From Oscillospiraceae bacterium (GTDB lineage: Bacteria > Bacillota > Clostridia > Oscillospirales > Ruminococcaceae), in NCBI GenBank assembly GCA_045545795.1, contig JAZQBN010000043.1:15001-79000 (forward strand): a DNA stretch of 64,000 nt. The letters run 5' to 3'. A model generated the notes under the pieces. The model was not told the DNA's origin. It searched no databases and saw only the letters and a program-made list of their open reading frames with translations. Of this stretch, positions 1 through 9,313 are shown in pieces; positions within the stretch are counted from its first letter, which is position 1; every line of letters begins with the position of its first letter. The translations under genes and the position numbers were made by a program.

Positions 1-1
1 G

Positions 2-298
2 GTGTTTTCAGAAAACTTCCGTAGTGTTTCGTATATCGAAACGGAAAACTTCGGCACTTGCTATCAAATTGAAATCGGTGCCTTGCTTGTAGGCAAAATA
101 ATAAATTACTCCGCAGAAAGTTTCTTCAAGGGTGAAGAAAAGGGATACTTTGAAATGGGAGGCTCAACCTGCGTTGTTATGGTAAAAAAAGGCACCGTGA
201 CTATTGATGCCGATATACTTGAAAATTCTGAAAAAGGAATTGAAACCAAAGTCCTTATCGGAGAAAGGATAGGAAAGAAAAATGCTCAGGCGACTTAA
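2..298 (+). CDS. psd: phosphatidylserine decarboxylase, C-terminal fragment (5' end outside window)
   Basis: Translation ends ...GYFEMGGSTCVVMVKKG...VLIGERIG. The G-G-S-T self-cleavage-type motif and tail are typical of Psd proenzymes. The frame is open to the window edge. Confidence 0.65.
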   Translation: MFSENFRSVSYIETENFGTCYQIEIGALLVGKIINYSAESFFKGEEKGYFEMGGSTCVVMVKKGTVTIDADILENSEKGIETKVLIGERIGKKNAQAT

Positions 299-1181
299 TA
301 TTTATTTCAAGGAAATGTATCCGCTTATTCCGAGACTTCTGCTTGGCTTTATAGTCTTTGGCGAGATATATTTTATTTTGCTTCTCAATTATGGTGTTAC
401 GGATTTTTCTTTAGGCATACAGGAAATTGTTGGCGGAATAACGATTTTCGGTTTTCTGATGTTCTTGCGTATTGCTGATGATTTCAAGGATTACGAATCA
501 GATAAACGACTTTTCCCCGACAGAGCATTCCCAAGCGGAAAGGTTTATAAAAAAGACTTGAACACTGTTGTTGCCATAGACCTTGCCGTTATGACAATTC
601 TGAATGTTATTTTTATGAATAACATTTTATTCTATCTGTTTCTTATGACTTATGGAATTCTTATGTCATTGTGGTTTTTCCAGAAGCATAAAATCAGCAA
701 AAGTCTGCCGCTTGCACTGGTTACGCACAACCCTGTGCAGATGGTACTGAATTTGTATATCATTTCATTCTGCTGCATAAAGTACGAGCTTCAGCCATTT
801 ACATTAACATCCTTTCTTGTTCTTATGACGCTTTATTTTCCTGCGCTTATATGGGAGATTGCAAGAAAAATCCGTGCGCCGAAGGATGAAACGGAATACA
901 CAACATATTCAAAGCTTTTTGGACATAAAAAATCTACGCTGTTTATCCTTATCCTTACGCTTGTGGATATAGTTACAAATCTTCTCCTTGTTATAAATCT
1001 TAATATAATCGGTTTCTTTATCCTCATAATCAATGTTACAATAATGACCGCAGAGTTTATTATGTTTATAAAGAATCCCGAAAGATTCAAGCTTGTAACA
1101 AGAGTTGAAATTTACACATACATTACAGAGGCTACAATGCTTCTGATAATTCCCGCCTATATGATATTTGGAAAGATATGA
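282..1181 (+). CDS. UbiA-family prenyltransferase-like polytopic membrane protein
   Basis: 299 aa, very hydrophobic with multiple TM segments. Asp-rich motif DDFKDYESD (DxxDxxxD) followed by R-x-F-P-S-G resembles the first UbiA motif. Overlaps the psd stop by 17 nt. Confidence 0.5.
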   Translation: MLRRLNIYFKEMYPLIPRLLLGFIVFGEIYFILLLNYGVTDFSLGIQEIVGGITIFGFLMFLRIADDFKDYESDKRLFPDRAFPSGKVYKKDLNTVVAIDLAVMTILNVIFMNNILFYLFLMTYGILMSLWFFQKHKISKSLPLALVTHNPVQMVLNLYIISFCCIKYELQPFTLTSFLVLMTLYFPALIWEIARKIRAPKDETEYTTYSKLFGHKKSTLFILILTLVDIVTNLLLVINLNIIGFFILIINVTIMTAEFIMFIKNPERFKLVTRVEIYTYITEATMLLIIPAYMIFGKI

Positions 1182-3565
1182 ATACATTTATTACAACAGA
1201 TAATTTCAAGGAATATACAATCGGAAAAAAAGCAGAACGTCTTTTTATTATGAAAGAGAACGGATTTAATGTTCCGTCGCTTTTTTGCATAAATGAAATC
1301 CCTGAAAAAGAAAAGCTCCTTTCATTCTTGAATGACGGAAGTGAGTTTTCAGTGCGTTCATCTGCACTTTGTGAGGATTCCTCTGATAACTCTTTCGCAG
1401 GGCAGTTTGACAGCTTTCTTTTTGTAAAAAAAGAAAATGTATACGATAAAATAAAGGATTGCTTTTTGTCTGCCGAAAAGGAAAATGTTATTTCTTACTG
1501 TAAGGAAAACAATATAAATCCTGACACCATAAAAATGTCTGTAATTGTTCAGGAAATGATTAACTCTGATTATTCAGGCGTTATATTTTCTTCCAATCCG
1601 CAGGGCGTTTTAAACGAAAGCGTTATTGTTATGGGAAGCGGAACAGGAGACAATGTTGTTGAAGAAAAAACAGACGTTACAACCTGTTATTACAACAGAA
1701 CAGATAAAAAATATTATACCGAAAAAAGCTGTGAAAAATCTCCGTCTATGACAGAGAATTTGATAGAAGAGCTTATTTCGTTATGCGAAAAAACAGAAGA
1801 AATCTTTGGGAAGCTTATTGATATTGAATTTGCTGTAAAGAACGATGAAGTTTTTATCCTTCAGGTCAGACAAATAACGACAATAAATAATAAAACTCCA
1901 CTTATTCTTGATAACAGCAACATAGTGGAAAGCTATCCCGGAATATCGCTGCCGTTAACAATTTCTTTTGTGAAAGAAGCGTACAGCGGTGTCTTCAAGG
2001 GGCTTGCCAACAGAGTTCTTCGTGATGAAAAAATTGTAAACAGATATAACGAAACTTATTATAATATGACAGGCTCGGCAAACGGCAGAGTATACTATAA
2101 AATCAGTAATTGGTATACTGTATTGTCATTTCTTCCAATGTCAAAAAAGATAATTCCCGTGTGGCAGGATATGATGGGTGTTACGGAAAAATCTGTTGAC
2201 AGCGATGAAGTAAAGCTTTCATTTTTTAAAAGACTTTCTACATATGTAAATGTTATCTCCGAAGCCTTTTCTGTAAAAAAAAATATGGAAAAGCTCAACG
2301 CTTCATTTCCTGCAACAGAAAAATATTTCAGGGAGAATTTCACCGCAGATATCACTCTCAAAGATGTAAAATCACTCTATGATGAGATATCAGAAAAGGT
2401 TCTTTCCGTATGGGATATAACGCTTCTCAATGATCTTTACGCATTTGTTTTCACGGGACTGCTTAAAGCTGAAATCAAAAAATCAGGTGTAACAGACTAT
2501 GAAAAAACAGTTAACGAATTTATAAGCGGTATTTCAAATATAGAAAGTATGAAGCCAATAAGGGCAATGATAAAGCTTGCTGACTATGATAGAAAAATGC
2601 TTGATGAACTGAACGGCTCACAGAAGGAAAAAGAACTTGAAGAAAAGCTTGACGCTTACCCTGAATTCAAAGAAAAGTTCTATGAATATATTTCACTTTA
2701 CGGTGACCGTTCGCCTGAGGAATTGAAACTGGAAACTGTCACATTCAGAGAAAGCCCGTTGCTTCTTATGAAAAAAATCAACGAACTTTCTTCTGATAAA
2801 GATATATTTGAAAAAACAAAAAATTCTCTGCTCGATGAAACAGAGAAATCAACAGAAAGCATAACAGCTGATATAAAAAAGAGAAAAAAACGAATTATGT
2901 ATTTTGCTGAAAAGGCTTCTGTGGGAATAATGAACAGAGAAATTTCGCGCCTTAACAGAACAAGAATTTACGGAATGGTACGTTCTATGTTCTTGAGGGC
3001 AGGGGAAATTTTTTGCTCAGATGGAAAAATATGTGATAAAAGAGATGTTTTCTATCTTACGAAAGATGAAATTTTTAACGGAAATCCTGATACCTTTGCT
3101 GACATAATAGAGAAAAGAAAACGTGACTACAAAGGATTTTATGAGCTTCCCGCATTTTCAAGAATAATCTTTGCGGGCAAGGAATTCGATAAAAATATCA
3201 TCCGCACAGACACTGTTTCAGGCGTTACTTCAGATGAAAAAACGCTTTACGGAACGCCATCTTCTGCAGGAATAACAAAAGGAACAGCAGTTGTTGTTAA
3301 AGATGCCTGCAATCCTCCTGATACCAAGGGTAAAATAATTGTTGCAAAAATGACAGACCCGGGCTGGGTGTTTCTTTTGTCAAATTCAAAGGGAATTATC
3401 AGCGAAAAAGGTTCTCTTTTATCGCACACTGCTATTATTTCAAGGGAGCTGAAAATCCCTGCTGTTGTCGGAGTAAAAAACGCTTCCGAGCTGATAAAAG
3501 ACGGTGATATAATAGAGCTTGACGGTAATAGCGGAATAATAAAAATATGCGGAAAGGAGAAATAG
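1178..3565 (+). CDS. PEP-utilising enzyme family phosphotransferase (PpsA-like ATP-grasp N-domain + C-terminal phosphohistidine swivel domain, no TIM-barrel domain)
   Basis: 795 aa. N-terminal FSVRSSALCEDSSDNSFAGQFDSFL matches the PEP/pyruvate-binding (PPDK_N) signature. C-terminal GKIIVAKMTDPGWVFLL...GSLLSHTAIISRELKIPAVVG matches the mobile His domain. The ATGA overlap with the upstream gene suggests translational coupling. Confidence 0.75.
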   Translation: MNTFITTDNFKEYTIGKKAERLFIMKENGFNVPSLFCINEIPEKEKLLSFLNDGSEFSVRSSALCEDSSDNSFAGQFDSFLFVKKENVYDKIKDCFLSAEKENVISYCKENNINPDTIKMSVIVQEMINSDYSGVIFSSNPQGVLNESVIVMGSGTGDNVVEEKTDVTTCYYNRTDKKYYTEKSCEKSPSMTENLIEELISLCEKTEEIFGKLIDIEFAVKNDEVFILQVRQITTINNKTPLILDNSNIVESYPGISLPLTISFVKEAYSGVFKGLANRVLRDEKIVNRYNETYYNMTGSANGRVYYKISNWYTVLSFLPMSKKIIPVWQDMMGVTEKSVDSDEVKLSFFKRLSTYVNVISEAFSVKKNMEKLNASFPATEKYFRENFTADITLKDVKSLYDEISEKVLSVWDITLLNDLYAFVFTGLLKAEIKKSGVTDYEKTVNEFISGISNIESMKPIRAMIKLADYDRKMLDELNGSQKEKELEEKLDAYPEFKEKFYEYISLYGDRSPEELKLETVTFRESPLLLMKKINELSSDKDIFEKTKNSLLDETEKSTESITADIKKRKKRIMYFAEKASVGIMNREISRLNRTRIYGMVRSMFLRAGEIFCSDGKICDKRDVFYLTKDEIFNGNPDTFADIIEKRKRDYKGFYELPAFSRIIFAGKEFDKNIIRTDTVSGVTSDEKTLYGTPSSAGITKGTAVVVKDACNPPDTKGKIIVAKMTDPGWVFLLSNSKGIISEKGSLLSHTAIISRELKIPAVVGVKNASELIKDGDIIELDGNSGIIKICGKEK

Positions 3566-3566
3566 A

Positions 3567-4631
3567 ATGTATCTTGTAAAAAAAGTGACCGAAAATGATT
3601 ATGAAGATTTTTTAGATTTTCCCTCACGCATACATATAAAAAAAGAGCTTATGCAGAAGCGGTCCGATGAAATTGCATTGCTCAAAGGTACACATACGTT
3701 GAGCAATTATTTCACATTTACAGCTTTTCTATGTTACTGTGACAGCATGGTTGTTGCAAGATGTGCTGTAACAATATATACCGATAAAGATGAAGCTTAT
3801 CTCGGCTTTTTTGACAGCGAGGATAATATTGAAGCAGTAAAAACTATTATGGAAGCAGCCGAAAACTTTGCAAGAGAAAACGGAATAAGAAAGCTTACAG
3901 GTCCTGTTGACGCAAGCTTTTGGATTGGATACAGAATGAAATCTAACAAATTTGATGAAAAGCGATTCTTTTCCGAACCCTATGGCAAGGACTATTACCC
4001 GAAGCTATGGAAGGAAAACGGCTATAAAATTTCCCAGGTGTATGTATCAAACATCTATAAAAAGCTTTCAAAGAACGAGGAAGATGACGAAAACTATATA
4101 AAAAGATATAACTTTTTTACCAAAAGAGGTTACAGCATTGTTTCTCCGTCAAGAAAAAACTGGGACAAGGTTATCGGTGAGGTTTACACTCTGCTTGTTA
4201 AGCTATACAGTGATTTCCCTGTTTTCTCGCATATTACCGAAAAAGAGTTTAGAGAGATGTATAAGGACCTCAAAACAGTTCTTGATTTTTCTATGGTCAA
4301 ACTTGGATATAAAAATAATAAGCTGGCAGGATTTTTTATTAGCGTTCCCGATTACGGAAATAGACTTTGCGGAAATATAGGACTTCCTGAGATTTTATTT
4401 ATGCTTAAAAACAGAAGAAGATGTGATAATTACATTCTTCTGTATATTGGCGTTGACGAAAAGCATCTGGGACTTGGATCTGCTTTGTCACAAGCTATGT
4501 TTGAAGAGCTTCGCAGAAAAAGATCTTCATCAATAGGTGCTCTTATTAAAAAGGGCAAGGTGTCCGAAAAATATATTGACAATAAAATCCTTTACCAAAG
4601 GGAATATCTGCTGTTTGAAAAGCATTTATAA
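3567..4631 (+). CDS. hypothetical protein with C-terminal GNAT-like acyltransferase motif
   Basis: 354 aa. YILLYIGVDEKHLGLGSALSQAMFEEL resembles GNAT motif A (R/Q-x-x-G-x-G/A). The start lies 2 nt after the upstream stop. Confidence 0.4.
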   Translation: MYLVKKVTENDYEDFLDFPSRIHIKKELMQKRSDEIALLKGTHTLSNYFTFTAFLCYCDSMVVARCAVTIYTDKDEAYLGFFDSEDNIEAVKTIMEAAENFARENGIRKLTGPVDASFWIGYRMKSNKFDEKRFFSEPYGKDYYPKLWKENGYKISQVYVSNIYKKLSKNEEDDENYIKRYNFFTKRGYSIVSPSRKNWDKVIGEVYTLLVKLYSDFPVFSHITEKEFREMYKDLKTVLDFSMVKLGYKNNKLAGFFISVPDYGNRLCGNIGLPEILFMLKNRRRCDNYILLYIGVDEKHLGLGSALSQAMFEELRRKRSSSIGALIKKGKVSEKYIDNKILYQREYLLFEKHL

Positions 4632-4681
4632 CTTGCTCAATTGAGAAATAGTATTCTTATTTTTTATTATTATTCAATAAA

Positions 4682-4709
4682 CAGGCACACGGTCGATTCC
4701 GTGTGCCTG
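4682..4709. terminator. bidirectional stem-loop between convergent genes
   Basis: CAGGCACACGG-tcgatt-CCGTGTGCCTG, a perfect 11-bp stem flanked by A/T runs. Confidence 0.55.
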
Positions 4710-4809
4710 TCTGCATAACCCGCTGTATTAAGTTTTATACGATATTTGTGAAAACTTCTTTATCGCTGTCCAACTAATGAGCCTCTCTTTAAGCTATTAC
4801 TAATTTAAA

Positions 4810-5469
4810 TTAGTTCTTCTTGGAAGCAACTGCAGCAACACCAGCAAGTGCCATTACAACAGCCATAGCAGCTACAGGAGCGTTGCCTGTGCCAGCGGAT
4901 TCTGTAGTAGCGTCAGCAGCAGGAGCTGTTTCAGCAGCAGGAACACCGTTCTTCATCATTTCGCCGGATTCTTCTTCGGAAACGATCTTGAATGCACCCT
5001 CTGGAGCACCAGCGGAAAGTGTAGCGTTCTTAATGTTAACGTGGCAAACCTGGAAAGCAAGACCAGCCTGTTCGCTGTCGCCGCCCTCGTAGTCAACGAA
5101 AGTGGACCATACAGACTCAGGAACTACGAATTCGATTGTTGTAACATCCTTAGGAACAACGATAAATCCATCGCCCTTAGCGTAAGCTGTGTCGGATGTG
5201 AGGTTAGCTGTGATAGCGTCCCAAGAAACGCAGATGTTCATAGGCTTGAGGAGAGCGTTGATATCGCCAACCAGTGGAGCCTTGTGCTCAACGTCGAGAG
5301 TAACCTTAACGTCGCCGCCGATAGCTGCGAATTCAGCCTTAGGGATTACAGCTGTTGCACCCCAGTCACCAGGATAGTCGCCAACAGAGAGAGCGAATGT
5401 GTTTACAGCTGTCATTGTTACAGCCATTGCTGCTGCTGCGATTGCAGCTACAATCTTCTTAATTTTCAT
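4810..5469 (-). CDS. secreted surface protein, xTGN-anchor family paralog 1
   Basis: Signal peptide MKIKKIVAAIAAAAMAVTMTAVNTFA. C-terminus GTGNAPVAAMAVVMALAGVAAVASKKN has a motif + TM + basic tail. GGAGG RBS upstream of the ATG at 5469. Confidence 0.8.
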   Translation of the reverse strand: MKIKKIVAAIAAAAMAVTMTAVNTFALSVGDYPGDWGATAVIPKAEFAAIGGDVKVTLDVEHKAPLVGDINALLKPMNICVSWDAITANLTSDTAYAKGDGFIVVPKDVTTIEFVVPESVWSTFVDYEGGDSEQAGLAFQVCHVNIKNATLSAGAPEGAFKIVSEEESGEMMKNGVPAAETAPAADATTESAGTGNAPVAAMAVVMALAGVAAVASKKN

Positions 5470-5635
5470 TGTTATTTCCTCCAATTCATTTGACAGTAAG
5501 CCTGTCTTAAGTTAACAACTTAATTATAGCATTAACTTCGTCCAAACACAACATCTTTTTTTAATAATTATTTTAAAACTTTTTTGTGCAAAACATATAA
5601 CCCAAAATATGAAACCGTTTTCGTCAGACTTCATA

Positions 5636-5668
5636 GTGAAAAAAGAGAGACTCAAACGAGTCTCTCTT
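5636..5668 (-). terminator. rho-independent terminator of paralog 2
   Basis: Minus strand AGAGAGACTC-gttt-GAGTCTCTCT followed by TTTTTC. Confidence 0.75.
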
Positions 5669-5712
5669 TAAGTATTACTGATTTGAATTAGTTTCTCTCA
5701 GAAGTGAAACTC

Positions 5713-6549
5713 TTAGTTTCTCTTCTTTGCAGCTACTGCAGCAGCACCAGCGAGAGCCATTACAGTAACGATAGAAGCAACTGCAACGTTACCTGTAGCT
5801 GTAGCTTCTGTTGTTGTGTCAGCTGCAGGAGCTTCTTCAACAACTTCTTCAACTACTTCTTCTTCAACGATTTCTTCTTCTACGATTTCTTCTTCTACGA
5901 TTTCTTCTTCAACAACTTCTTCAGCTGTTTCTTCTTCAGCAGCTTCTTCCTCTACTGCAGCTTCTTCTTCAGCAGCCTCTGTTGTTTCTTCTGTAGCTTC
6001 TTCAGCAGGAGCTTCTTCAGCTGGAGCTTCTTCTGCTGCTGTAGAAATAAGGGAAGCGTAATCAATAGCGTTGCCGTCCTTATCGAGTGGCTGAATAGCT
6101 GTTACGTCAACGTCAACGTTTGCCCACCAGCTCTGAATCCAGATGTGGCAGTATGTATCTGTACCAGCAAAAACAGGTGCGTCAGCAAGGTATGTGATTG
6201 TGTTATCATCAGCAACGGAAAGTTCCTTACCAGCAGCTGCGTTGCCCCATTCCATTGACTTCCAGCCTGTGGACTGAGAGTTAAAGCCGCATCCGCCGCC
6301 TGCACCCTGGTTAACATCACCTACGAGGGTAATCTTGAAGCCGTATACAGTTGTTGGGTCAAGACCAGCCTGTGTGAATACGCCAACGCCTTCTGTTGCT
6401 TCCTTATCAGGCTCATTAACGAGTCTGAGGTATGCATCAGGAGCATATGGGTCAGAACAGGTAAAGTTTGCTGCGAAAGCACTGATTGCCATTGTGGAAA
6501 CAGCAACAGCTGCTGCTGCAACAGCAGCTACAATTTTCTTGAAATTCAT
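5713..6549 (-). CDS. secreted surface protein, xTGN-anchor family paralog 2, with long acidic E/V/I/A repeat linker
   Basis: Signal peptide MNFKKIVAAVAAAAVAVSTMAISAFA. Linker contains ...EEIVEEEIVEEEIVEEEVVEEVVEE.... C-terminus ATGNVAVASIVTVMALAGAAAVAAKKRN. GGAGG RBS. Confidence 0.8.
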   Translation of the reverse strand: MNFKKIVAAVAAAAVAVSTMAISAFAANFTCSDPYAPDAYLRLVNEPDKEATEGVGVFTQAGLDPTTVYGFKITLVGDVNQGAGGGCGFNSQSTGWKSMEWGNAAAGKELSVADDNTITYLADAPVFAGTDTYCHIWIQSWWANVDVDVTAIQPLDKDGNAIDYASLISTAAEEAPAEEAPAEEATEETTEAAEEEAAVEEEAAEEETAEEVVEEEIVEEEIVEEEIVEEEVVEEVVEEAPAADTTTEATATGNVAVASIVTVMALAGAAAVAAKKRN

Positions 6550-6686
6550 TGTTTTTTCCTCCAAATAAATAAATTGACGTTTTAACGCCTTTGTAACACT
6601 TATTATAACATTATACCTTCGTTTAGACAATATGTTTTTTTGATAATTATTACGGTTAATTTTTGTTTATTTTATTGAATTCAGCA

Positions 6687-6722
6687 AAATAAAAATCCGC
6701 CTCGTAAATCGAAGCGGATTTT
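6687..6722 (-). terminator. rho-independent terminator of paralog 3
   Basis: Minus strand AATCCGCTTCG-attta-CGAGGCGGATT followed by a T-run. Confidence 0.75.
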
Positions 6723-6748
6723 ATACATTAAGTTGTTTCCGAAAAAGA

Positions 6749-7348
6749 TTAGTTCTTCTTGGATACTACTGCAGCTGTACCAGCGAGAGCCATTACAACA
6801 GCCATTGCAGCGATAGGAGCGTTGCCTGTTGCAGGAGCATCTGTTGTTGTAGCTTCTGTTGTTTCAGCAGCACCGCCGCCGAGACCGGAAACTGTAAATG
6901 TAACCTTAACAGAAGAGCTGATTGCTGTAGCCTGGTTTACAGGAGGGTTATCCTTTGTAGTACCATACTGGTTGTAGATTTCAATTCTGTAGTTGCCCTT
7001 TTCTTCGATATCGCCGTACTGAATGCCAGCAGCATCAAAAGAAATTTCAGCGCCGTCAACTTCTACCTTGTCGAGAACTGCTGTAGCGTTAGGATTTGCA
7101 GCGTACATACCTGTGATATCAATTACAAATACGCCGAAATCGCAAGCACCTGCAACGAGTGTGGACTCGATTGTGTACTGACCGTCACCTGTAACTGTTG
7201 TGGATGCTTCCCAGTCCTGAGCAGCCCAAGCTGTATCAGCAAAACCGAGAACAGCCTGATATTCGTCAGCAGCAAATGCGTTAACAGCCATTGTGGAAAC
7301 TGCAACTGCTGCAGCTGCGATAGCAGCAATAATCTTCTTAAGCTTCAT
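6749..7348 (-). CDS. secreted surface protein, xTGN-anchor family paralog 3
   Basis: Signal peptide MKLKKIIAAIAAAAVAVSTMAVNAFA. C-terminus PATGNAPIAAMAVVMALAGTAAVVSKKN. Confidence 0.8.
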   Translation of the reverse strand: MKLKKIIAAIAAAAVAVSTMAVNAFAADEYQAVLGFADTAWAAQDWEASTTVTGDGQYTIESTLVAGACDFGVFVIDITGMYAANPNATAVLDKVEVDGAEISFDAAGIQYGDIEEKGNYRIEIYNQYGTTKDNPPVNQATAISSSVKVTFTVSGLGGGAAETTEATTTDAPATGNAPIAAMAVVMALAGTAAVVSKKN

Positions 7349-7473
7349 AATAAATTCCTCCAATTTTCTTTTATTCTCTTATAAGCATAAGATTGTAAAA
7401 ACATTATACACCATTTTATCAAAAAAATCTATATTAATTTTGTATCAAATAATAACGTTTACATTGTAAATAT

Positions 7474-7503
7474 TAACAAAACCCCGCCATTGGCGACGGG
7501 GTT
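7474..7503 (-). terminator. rho-independent terminator of paralog 4
   Basis: Minus strand AACCCCGTCGCC-aat-GGCGGGGTT followed by TTGTT. Confidence 0.65.
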
Positions 7504-7513
7504 TGTTTTGCTA

Positions 7514-8149
7514 TTACTTATTCTTCTTTGCAGCAACAGCAGTTGCAGCAGCAAGTGCCATTACAACAGCCATAGCAGCAACAGGAGCATTGCCTGTTTC
7601 AGGAGCAGTTGTTGTTTCAGCAGCTTCTGTTGTTTCAGCAGCTGCATCACCGAATGATACGGAGAAGTTTACTTCAAATGTATCAACAGGTGCACCGAAG
7701 GAATAGCTGTCGCCTTCCTCAGACATAGGGCAGTCGCCTGCTTCAACAAATGTTTCAGCCCAGCCGTTAATCATACAGATATCAATAACGCCGCTGTCAG
7801 GGTTTACAAGCTCATACTCTGTTTTTGTAGGAGTAAGTGTTTTGCCGTTTGCTGTAATTGAGTTGATTGTTACTGTACCGCCGTTGAATGCTTCGGGAGC
7901 AGCACCGCCTGTAACGTCCTTGATGTAAAGGGTGATATAAAGGTTTTCGCCGCCTGCATTAAGGCTTACACTGTAGTCGCCGCCGTCAGTGCTGATGTCA
8001 AAAGCATCGGACTCATAAAGTGTCCATGACTCTGTATTCTGTGAATAGAGCTTGCAGCTGACTGTTTCAGCAGCAAATGCGTTGACAGCCATTGCGGAAA
8101 CTGCAACAGCCGCAGCTGCTACTGCAGCAATAATCTTTTTAAGCTTCAT
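7514..8149 (-). CDS. secreted surface protein, xTGN-anchor family paralog 4
   Basis: Signal peptide MKLKKIIAAVAAAAVAVSAMAVNAFA. C-terminus PETGNAPVAAMAVVMALAAATAVAAKKNK. Confidence 0.8.
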   Translation of the reverse strand: MKLKKIIAAVAAAAVAVSAMAVNAFAAETVSCKLYSQNTESWTLYESDAFDISTDGGDYSVSLNAGGENLYITLYIKDVTGGAAPEAFNGGTVTINSITANGKTLTPTKTEYELVNPDSGVIDICMINGWAETFVEAGDCPMSEEGDSYSFGAPVDTFEVNFSVSFGDAAAETTEAAETTTAPETGNAPVAAMAVVMALAAATAVAAKKNK

Positions 8150-8275
8150 AATAAATTCCTCCAAAAATCAATTGTATCCTACCCATAGTAAGATTGTAAA
8201 CATTATACACCATTTTATTGAAAAAATCTATATTGATTTTGTATCAAATAATAACGTTTACATTGTGCAAACACA

Positions 8276-8314
8276 CAAATAAAACGCCCTTTGCTTTTGG
8301 TGCAAAGAGCGTTT
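8276..8314 (-). terminator. rho-independent terminator of paralog 5
   Basis: Minus strand AAACGCTCTTTGC-accaaaa-GCAAAGGGCGTTT followed by TATTTG. Confidence 0.65.
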
Positions 8315-8319
8315 ACGGC

Positions 8320-9141
8320 TTATTTCTTCTTTTTTGTCATAAATGCAATTATACCTGCAAGTGCGGTTACCGCCGCCAAGGGCGAAATCGGGGCGTTGCC
8401 TGTGTCGGGGATATCAGTTTTATCGCCTGCGGGAGTGTTTCCCTCAGCGGTGTTTCCCTCAGCAGGAATTTCCTCAGCTGCACCTTCCGTCTGTTGATTT
8501 TCAGTATCAGGGGTGACATTGTTCTCATCGGGCTTCTGTTCATCGGGCACGGAAGGGGTTTCAATCTCCTCAGGTGTATCCGAGGCGATATTTTCGTTTG
8601 TAATGCCTGTGCCCTTAATTTCAAAGGTTACCTCAACGGACTTTATACCCAATGTCCAGTCGGACTTATACACATAGTTATCGCCTGCGTCAACAAGGGG
8701 ATTGAGTATGTTTATTTTCATAAATCCGCCGTCATTTACCGCTTGCACGGCTGTATTGCCCGGCACCTCGCTGCCGTCAGCCTTTACGCTTATAATGTTC
8801 ATTTCCGCATCGGGGAAATCAGCAAAGCGGCTGTCCGCACCGCTTCCCGCACCCGAAATATCCGTGCCGAGGTAAAAAACGCAGCCATAGCTCATTTCCT
8901 CCGAAAACTCGACAGAGGTTGTGTATGTGCCGTCCCCCGTAATTTCCGCGGAAGTAAGCGAAGCTATTCCTATTGTATTTTCATCATTAAGTCCGCCGCC
9001 CCAATAAACCTGACTGCTCCAGGTTTCATCGGCAAGATAAATCGCCGCTGAGCCTATTGTATCAGCGGAAACCGTTACTGTTGCTACGGTTGTAATTACA
9101 GCCGCCGCAACTGCTGCTGAAAGAAGTTTCCTTAAATTCAT
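8320..9141 (-). CDS. secreted surface protein, xTGN-anchor family paralog 5
   Basis: Signal peptide MNLRKLLSAAVAAAVITTVATVTVSA. C-terminus PDTGNAPISPLAAVTALAGIIAFMTKKKK. RBS AGGAGAG. Confidence 0.8.
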   Translation of the reverse strand: MNLRKLLSAAVAAAVITTVATVTVSADTIGSAAIYLADETWSSQVYWGGGLNDENTIGIASLTSAEITGDGTYTTSVEFSEEMSYGCVFYLGTDISGAGSGADSRFADFPDAEMNIISVKADGSEVPGNTAVQAVNDGGFMKINILNPLVDAGDNYVYKSDWTLGIKSVEVTFEIKGTGITNENIASDTPEEIETPSVPDEQKPDENNVTPDTENQQTEGAAEEIPAEGNTAEGNTPAGDKTDIPDTGNAPISPLAAVTALAGIIAFMTKKKK

Positions 9142-9263
9142 AGCAAACTCTCCTGTTATGGAAAAATCCGTATAAACAATTATACATATTAATTATACCT
9201 TATAATTTGCCGAAAGTCCATACCGATTTTTAACAAATAAAACCATTTTCATTATGCAGCTCA

Positions 9264-9295
9264 AACAAAAAAGCCCCGCCTTTTCAGACGGAGCC
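9264..9295 (-). terminator. probable terminator of paralog 6
   Basis: Minus strand GGCTCCGTC-tgaaaa-GGCGGGGCT (with G-U pairs) followed by TTTTTTGTTT. Confidence 0.5.
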
Positions 9296-9313
9296 TTATG
9301 CAAGCAAGATTAA

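Noticed and set aside
5704-6258. Plus-strand ORFs rich in F/S/C or L/Q (5704-6258, 5811-5996, 5816-6061) and similar ones at 9364-9579.
   Set aside because: These are antisense or frame-shifted readings of the acidic GAA/GAG repeat linkers of the surface-protein genes. They are low-complexity artefacts.
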